From: a virus | Lineage: Duplodnaviria; Caudoviricetes | Length of the DNA stretch: 64,000 bases | Reading direction: 5' to 3' (one strand) | Virus record (IMG/VR): IMGVR_UViG_3300031994_000011 | Span: 1-64,000 of that record | Shown here: piece after piece, positions 58,024 to 64,000 of the stretch | Layout of the letters: every line of letters starts with the position of its first letter | Numbering within the stretch: the stretch's first letter is position 1 | The notes under the pieces: generated by a model | Databases searched by the model: none | What the model saw: only the letters and a program-made list of their open reading frames with translations | What the model was told of the DNA's origin: nothing | Program-made: the position numbers and the translations under genes

Positions 58024-58577
58024 TCGCATCGCCTCCTTAACGATGCAAGTCTGCGGAACATACGGATTCTCACTAAACTACTACCGGCATATTTGGGAGA
58101 AGTGCTTATGAATGAACTTTCTAAGTAATACTTCATAATCAAATATGATATGTAGCACGCGGCTTAGCAGCAGACTATAATAAAAAGACAGGCGAAGTAA
58201 GTGAAAATAAAATATAAAAGAACAGAACGTATATAATACAATGTGAGATCGTATGCTCACATGGCTATGCTTCCTAACCATCGTTTGGTATATTCCCGCG
58301 CGGTGCCTTACGCAAGAAGCAAATAAAAGTGTCCGAATGGCTGAACGGACGTTAAACCGATAATGGGCAAATCTTCCGTATGGTAAAACCAAGAAGCCAT
58401 ACTAACAGACAAGGTTTTGGCGCGTGACAGCGAAAAGAGGGAGTCGCCCGTAAGGGAACGGTCATACCTCTTTAGCTGAACAGGGCGGTGGAACGCGAGT
58501 GGTTGGTAATTATATGGGACTAATCTATCTGGAGTTCCTGCGGCTCAAGGATAGGGTGCGGCACCTTACGCCGCTAT
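58024..58577 (+). ncRNA. second ORF-free structured RNA candidate (~550 nt)
   Basis: No plus-strand ORF; multiple hairpins; ends in a mini acceptor/T-arm element (GCGGC...TAGGG-TGCGGCA-CCTTA-CGCCGC). Confidence 0.5.
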
Positions 58578-58579
58578 AT

Positions 58580-58651
58580 GCCGGTCTAGCGTAGTGGTCA
58601 CGCGGCGGTCTGTTAAACCGTTATAGGCAGTTTCGAATACTGCGGCCGGCG
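58580..58651 (+). tRNA. tRNA-Asn(GUU)
   Basis: GCGGT-CTGTTAA-ACCGT; G73. Confidence 0.8.
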
Positions 58652-58804
58652 TTATCTTTCCTGAGCAAATGCGGAGATTAAACCGATGTGCGGTTGGCTG
58701 ACCTTAAAGCTAATTTTGGGGTAGCATCGGAGTAATTAACCGATGAGAAAATGCGCTCCATCGCAAGCCCAATATATTTTAATATAATCTATGGAGGGAT
58801 TATA

Positions 58805-59659
58805 ATGATAGGAATTTATAAAATAACTAATAAAATTACTGGAAAAAGTTATATTGGACAAAGTGTAAATATTGAAACGAGATGGTCACAACACAAATCA
58901 GTAAGCCGTTCTTATGAAACTTTAGATGGAAACGAACTACATAAAGATATATTAGAATTAGGAGTAGAAAATTTTTCATTTGAAGTAATAGAATAGATTA
59001 GTGTTGATAAATTAGATTAGCGAGAAATATATTGGATTTAGTATTATGATACTTACTATAATGGTTATAACCATACATTAGGTGGCAATGGAAATGTAAG
59101 ATTAGATTATAAGAAAATACAAGAATTATGGTCTAATGGTTTTACCGCTAAAGAAATTGCTAATATACTTAATACTTCTAGTTGTTCTATTAATATTGCT
59201 TTAACAAATTTAAACATTACAACCGCCGAAAAACGAGAACGAAGTAAAGAATTAATAGCAAAAGCTTATAATCCATATAAAAGAACAGTATTAAAAATAG
59301 ATATTAATACTAATGAAATAATTGAAATTTTTGATTCTGTCTCTGCCGCGGCTAAAGCTATTGGTATAAATAGAGCAACTTTTCGAGAAGGATTATAGAA
59401 ACATAATAATATATATAAAGGATATAAATGGTTTATTAACACTGTAACAGAAAAAACTCGTAATTTTTCATCAAAACAAGTTATTAAATTAGATCCAAAT
59501 ACAAAAGAACCTTTAGAATATTTTGAATCAGCAAGTGCTGCTGCGCGTGCGGTGAACCTTGCTGGGGCAACATTGATATGTCGTGCTTGTAAAAATGGTA
59601 CAAAATCTAGAGGCTTTTATTGGAAATATAAACAAAAGGAGAAATATAATTATGAGTGA
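58805..59659 (+). CDS. GIY-YIG homing endonuclease with NUMOD1-like repeats (TAG-recoded)
   Basis: GIYKITN...YIGQS...R...H; FEVIE*I...LD*REIYWI*YYDT..NGYN; two F.S...AA....GYKW-type modules. Confidence 0.88.
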
Positions 59660-60191
59660 ACCTAGATTAAAAATTTTACCCCCTTGGGTTATTATCATCC
59701 GTAAACTTTAGGCGCTATTTGATGGCGACCCTCAGATTGCTTTTAATTGTGATTTTTCAGGCGTACATCCTACTGTTACACTAGCTTGTAATAATGGCGA
59801 TAAGGTCACGGCGCTACTACAAATTCTACCACAGGAAGTTAATTTTGGCAATGTAACGCTAGACGTTATTGTTGATGGCATTCCTAGTAATCGTGCTTTC
59901 ACAAGTAAGGTAGAACTGTTCGATACCGCATTTAAAGGAAATCCTGCTTATGCTTATTCTGTTTGTCCTGCTGAGGAAGGTTATCAGTGGATTGGAACAA
60001 CTTATGTAGTGTTTAACAACTGTGTTGTACAGTTTGATGCTGATAATCTAAATGATTGCCATGGTGTAATTAGTACTCTTTATGAGACAATTGCAACTGA
60101 ACTTTTAACTGGTCCCGCTACTACTGGTGTTTTCTATAATACTAACGTATAGCGCGCGAATCTTGGATATCCTCTTGGCGAATGGCCGTAA
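59652..60191 (+). CDS. conserved hypothetical phage protein (two TAG)
   Basis: PPW...KL*ALFDGDPQI...FKGNP...VVQFDADNL; AAGGAG RBS. Confidence 0.75.
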
Positions 60192-60196
60192 TTAAA

Positions 60197-60368
60197 TATG
60201 TGGTGGCGGAATAGGTAGACGCTTTCATGTAAGGGGGACGCTCAACCCGTCTTCTGTGGCAAGAAACGACCACAGTGACAGATGCACCGGTATTTCGGTA
60301 TTGATGCACACCAAAGAGGGCAAAGGGACACGGAGAACCTATGTGAGGTGCAAATCCTCACCCGCATT
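60197..60368 (+). ncRNA. tRNA-scaffold RNA A
   Basis: TGGCGGAATAGGTAGACGC D-arm and GTGAGG-TGCAAAT-CCTCAC T-arm enclosing ~110 nt of hairpins. Confidence 0.7.
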
Positions 60369-60379
60369 TAAAAGAAATA

Positions 60380-60498
60380 TATGACGTGACGAAATAGGTA
60401 GACGTGCGAAACACGGAGAGAATAATCACCTCATCGCAGAAACTGCTTTATCCGTGTGCTGATGGTTTCTATGTATGGTGCAAATCCATACCGTCATT
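60380..60498 (+). ncRNA. tRNA-scaffold RNA B
   Basis: ATGACG/CGTCAT acceptor; same D/T arms; ~65-nt branched core. Confidence 0.7.
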
Positions 60499-60572
60499 TA
60501 GTCTTTTAAAGTTATTTGTAATAGTTAAATAACTCTCGTTTTGGTGAAGTAAAATATTCGGGGTATTTAATG

Positions 60573-60814
60573 TATATGGTGGCGGAATAGGTAGACGCTA
60601 AGCTACGGTTGGCTGATAATGAGAACAGGTGTGGTTCGATTCCACGTAGAGAGAAGCTCTGCATTTGGTTCAACTCCAGATGCATAAAACCCAGAGGGTG
60701 GGTGCCTGAGTAAAGTGTAGCAGAAGATGACGCTATAATGTTGATGCGCACAACGTATAGTAGTTAGTTGCGAAACGAAACTATTTCCTGTGAGGTGCAA
60801 ATCCTCACCCATAT
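60573..60814 (+). ncRNA. tRNA-scaffold RNA C
   Basis: ATATGG/CCATAT acceptor; same D/T arms; ~190-nt core containing two extra T-loop hairpins. Confidence 0.7.
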
Positions 60815-60932
60815 GCCAGATTAGCTCAATTGGTAGAGCAATCGCCTTGCGGAAATACTAGAAATAGTCAGTGCAATTCTGATGTTTCCGACTATAAGCG
60901 ATAGGCTTTCGGTTCAAGTCCGGAATCTGGCT
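60815..60932 (+). tRNA. tRNA-Thr(UGU) interrupted by a 45-nt mini-tRNA insert (60850-60894)
   Basis: Removing the insert gives ATCGC-CTTGTAA-GCGAT. Confidence 0.85.
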
Positions 60933-60956
60933 TATTAAAATAAAAAGGAGTTAAAT

Positions 60957-61160
60957 ATGAAAACTTTTAAAGATACCTATAAGGATACTTATAACTTTGA
61001 ATATTGGCCTGATGAAAATAACGATGAATCTTCTGTAAGATTAAGTTATGATGTAAATGGCGCACTTACAATAGAAGGGTTTCAAGAAATGTGTCGTTCG
61101 TTTGCTTTTGCCCTTGGTTTTGAAACAAAAAATATTGACAAATATTTCCCAACCGAATGA
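60957..61160 (+). CDS. hypothetical protein
   Basis: AAGGAG RBS. Confidence 0.6.
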   Translation: MKTFKDTYKDTYNFEYWPDENNDESSVRLSYDVNGALTIEGFQEMCRSFAFALGFETKNIDKYFPTE

Positions 61161-61238
61161 CGGAATGTAGCTCAGCTGGTTTAGAGCGCTTGTCTGATAA
61201 ACAAGAGGTCAGTAGTTCAAATCTACTCATTCCGACCA
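61161..61238 (+). tRNA. tRNA-Ile(GAU)
   Basis: CTTGT-CTGATAA-ACAAG; ACCA end. Confidence 0.92.
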
Positions 61239-61595
61239 TGAGGGAAGTTCTCTCTTATGCGTAGACCTCCCCGACAGGAGCGAGCAAAGCCTCTAGGAAT
61301 AGAGACAATTCAGCAAATAAAAATGAGAAAATTATGTATGGGTGCTCCTCTACAGACATAAAAATGTCTTTAAGAGAAAAAACTTACGACTAGCTAGCGT
61401 AATAATGGATAGTTTAGGGTTTTATTCCATTAATTGCGTCTGTTCACTCGACTAGCAGTGTACCACAACAAACAACATAAAACTTTACAAGAGGGAAGTT
61501 AGTGGTTTCAACTCTTTTTATAGCTATAAAAATCCCATAAAAACTTGGACATAAAAGTCTAAAGAAGCTAAGTAAGGGTTTATATGCTTCAAATT

Positions 61596-61681
61596 GGGAG
61601 GATACTCAAGTGGCTGAAGAGACGCGCCTACTAAGCGCACAGAGGTACATGCCTGCGTGAGTTCGAATCTCACTCTTCCCG
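61596..61681 (+). tRNA. tRNA-Ser(ACU), unusual A34
   Basis: CGCGC-CTACTAA-GCGCA; long variable arm; G73. Confidence 0.8.
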
Positions 61682-62100
61682 TCTAATATTTGACTTCTTT
61701 TTAAAATTATAATATAATAATTATATAAGAAAGAGAGGAGAGAATAAAATGAAAGTTATTTTCTTGAACAAAAAGGAAAAAGAAACTCTTATTAAATTAT
61801 TAGCTCCACTAATTATAACACCAGGATGTTCATATGAATTAACAACTATTTTAGAAAAACTAGATTGGAAAACATATGAATTAGTTTTTAAACATCCTGA
61901 ATTATTTGACAATAAATAAAAATTATATTATAATTATTATGTAAGGCGAGAACAGCAAAACTTTAATAGAACAAATCTTTAGTGAATAGATTCCTTCTTT
62001 AATATCGCCTTGTTTATAAGTTATTTAGGAGCTTTGATACGGTATTAAGCTTAATACTCGCCGCAGACTGCAGTGAACAAATCCTAAATAACTATTTTAT

Positions 62101-62232
62101 GCGGATATGGTGGAATAGGCAGACACCTCAGACAGCAGGTGCGCAGTCGTTACAATTGGGGCAGCACCAATACCTGCTACCATTAAAATCTGATGTCCTC
62201 TGGACGTGCCGGTTCGAGTCCGGCTATCCGCA
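62101..62232 (+). tRNA. tRNA-Leu(UAA) interrupted by a 49-nt mini-tRNA insert (62134-62182)
   Basis: Removing the insert gives TCAGA-CTTAAAA-TCTGA; long variable arm; A73. Confidence 0.88.
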
Positions 62233-62288
62233 TTTAAGGGATTTATCCCTAATTAAATAATAGGCCGAAAGGCCAAGGAGAAAAAATT

Positions 62289-62732
62289 ATGAAAAAGATT
62301 TTTAGTATTTTTTTGGTCTTCGTTATGCTCTTTGTAGCTAATGCGGCCTACGCAGCTCCGCCATCTAGAGATCTAAAAGATTTATACAAAGTAAATCCTT
62401 AGATTTTAATGGATGTCGGAGTTGATGTTTCAAAAACAGTTTATCCAATTGTCATTGATTTTTATGATGCTTTTCTAATTATGGGACTAGGCCCCGACTT
62501 TCATCTTGATGATGTTGTGATTCTATATCTTGATAATATGTATCAACTAGTGAATTTTAAATTCCCAATACTTTATAATCAAAATTCTGGCGTAATGGCT
62601 ATTTTCTTTGGCTCTGGGATTTGGATTCGCACTGGTATGATACTTGAAGATGGTTCTGTAACTTTTGATATGACTGAAGTTTATGGTGACGAAGTAGAAA
62701 TGTTTATTTTTTCAAATCAGGTGATGGAATGA
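62289..62732 (+). CDS. secreted hypothetical protein (one TAG)
   Basis: MKKIFSIFLVFVMLFVANAAYA signal peptide in frame with ORF 62409. Confidence 0.7.
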
Positions 62733-63052
62733 CATTTTAGGAATATCAAAAACAAGCATTAAATTTCCTTAATCCTGAAGTTAAATAGAAATAGCTATTA
62801 AATCTTGTAGCGCTAGGATTAAATGGTGAAGCAGGATAGGTGGCAGATTATTGGAAAAAAGTTAAATATCATAATCATAAAATGGATAATGATATAATAA
62901 TAAAATAGCTTGGCGATATTCTTTGGTATTTAGCCATTAGCGCGCGAGCATTAGAAATTTCTTTTGACGATATAGCTATTAGAAATATAGAAAAATTAAA
63001 AACAAGATACCCTAATGGTTGGGATAGTAATAACAGTATAAATAGAGAATGA
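62729..63052 (+). CDS. MazG-like nucleotide pyrophosphohydrolase (TAG-recoded)
   Basis: F*EYQKQA...LGLNGEAG*VADYWKK...K*LGDILWYL...NIEKLKTRYP. Confidence 0.9.
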
Positions 63053-63171
63053 GAGGCTATTTTGGCCTCTCTTTTTGTTTAATAAAACATTTTACCAAAT
63101 TTTTAAAAAAGATTTATTACTATTTATATGACGAAGGAATTTCGTCAAAAAACTTTCGGAGGGGAGTAATA

Positions 63172-63603
63172 ATGACAGAATAGCAGATCTTTTAGTGGAT
63201 CGGCCAACATATTGTTGGTATTTTGTTAGTCCTGTCTTTCTTTATACAAATTTCTCCAATAAAAATTAATCCTTGGTCTGCTCTAGTTAAATGGATAGGC
63301 AAAACTTTAACATCAACTTTAGCCGAAAGGCTTGATAAAGTAGAAAATACTTTAGTAAGTGTTGAAAATTCTATTGATGAAAACTAGAAAGATCGCATTC
63401 GGTGGGAAGTTCTTGACTTCGCGAACTCATGTCGTGAAGGACGGCATCATACAAAAGATTAGTTCCAACATATAATTACTTTAAATGATAAATATAAAGA
63501 ATTATTAAAAAGAACTGATGATAAAAATGGTGTGTTTGAAGCTGAATATGATTATATACAAGATATTTATAAAGAAAGACAATAGAGAAATGATTTTATA
63601 TGA
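63172..63603 (+). CDS. lysis-module membrane protein (TAG-recoded)
   Basis: N-terminal TM, IQISPIKINPWS, RIRWEVLDFANS...HTKD*FQH. Confidence 0.7.
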
Positions 63604-63614
63604 GGTGATGAAAT

Positions 63615-63902
63615 ATGAGTTAGAATACTAATAATAAAACTATTTCAGAATATATTCAATTTTCTAAACGAGTCACTCGTTGGAGTATGATATTAGTATC
63701 TGTCTCACTACTTTGTTGCCTTATTGTAATTTCATTTTTCAACCAATCCGAGAATGCGGTGAATATAATTGGTAAATTATATGGTTCTTATGTTACTATA
63801 ATTGGTATTATAGTCGGCGCATATCAAGGAAATAGCTCATTAGAAAAATGGGCAAAAGCTAAATATAATAATTTAATCAATGCTGAATAGCAAGGAGAAT
63901 AA
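63615..63902 (+). CDS. holin-like two-TM protein (TAG-recoded)
   Basis: QFSKR, two hydrophobic helices, GAYQGNSSLEKW. Confidence 0.6.
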
Positions 63903-63904
63903 TT

Positions 63905-64000
63905 ATGGATTACACACAGGTTGTTATTGGAATTATTGGCGTCTTAATTACTCTTTTACTTGGCTTAGTTTCTAAACAATTAATACCTTGGTTAAAAGAT
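63905..64000 (+). CDS. probable holin, truncated by the window end
   Basis: MDYTQVVIGIIGVLITLLLGLVSKQLIPWLK. Confidence 0.5.
   Translation, partial: MDYTQVVIGIIGVLITLLLGLVSKQLIPWLKD

Noticed and set aside
55570-58577. tmRNA, RNase P RNA or group I intron in the ORF-free tracts
   Set aside because: No tag ORF or tmRNA ends and no GAGGAAAGTCC P4 signature found. A GACTA/TAGTC pair (~57220/57303) alone is insufficient and no host exons were evident
2806-61912. Minus-strand ORFs in the track beyond position 2100 (e.g. 6625-7305, 48016-48780, 56703-58392)
   Set aside because: They are shadows of plus-strand genes or RNAs, with no recognisable motifs or expression signals
50793-62182. tRNA inserts as group I or archaeal BHB introns
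   Set aside because: At 45-75 nt they are too short for a group I core; no bulge-helix-bulge was seen; boundaries coincide with acceptor-stem ends
631-63902. Genetic code 15 (TAG=Gln)
   Set aside because: Catalytic Glu positions and most paralog alignments give Glu. Only isolated sites (11758 aligned to CAG, and a weak case near 34076) fit Gln

Overview
This window is a 64-kb slice of a large, AT-rich tailed-phage genome. The host is probably a Gram-positive Bacillota/Clostridia, judged from the sigma-A promoters, a GDPD-bearing tail protein and a PG-binding endolysin. Layout: a minus-strand SF2 helicase and a probable replication origin (0.6-2.7 kb); early accessory and RNA-repair genes (2.8-19.4 kb); tail, lysis and cassette genes (19.5-44.8 kb); a tRNA/ncRNA-rich translation-hijack region (45-62.3 kb); and MazG and holin-like genes at the end. 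Two systems stand out. (1) TAG is a sense codon, and the evidence points to glutamate rather than the glutamine of the usual phage code 15. TAG occupies invariant catalytic Glu positions (helicase Walker B D*CD; MazG EAG*V and *LGD) and replaces GAA/GAG in internal duplications. The phage also encodes a CUA-anticodon tRNA with a tRNA-Glu-type body. (2) Four wobble-U tRNA genes (Gln, Lys, Thr, Leu) each carry a tRNA-shaped insert (acceptor stem, T-arm-like hairpin, NCCA-like tail) in the anticodon loop, and precise removal restores a canonical tRNA. The same genome encodes two RNA ligases, PNK, a Thg1-like enzyme and phosphoesterases. Further tRNA-scaffolded RNAs and more than 2 kb of ORF-free structured RNA lie nearby. 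The supplied ORF track (code 11) fragments many genes, so CDS coordinates for those genes were rebuilt by hand reading through TAG. All family assignments come from motif recognition, not database searches.
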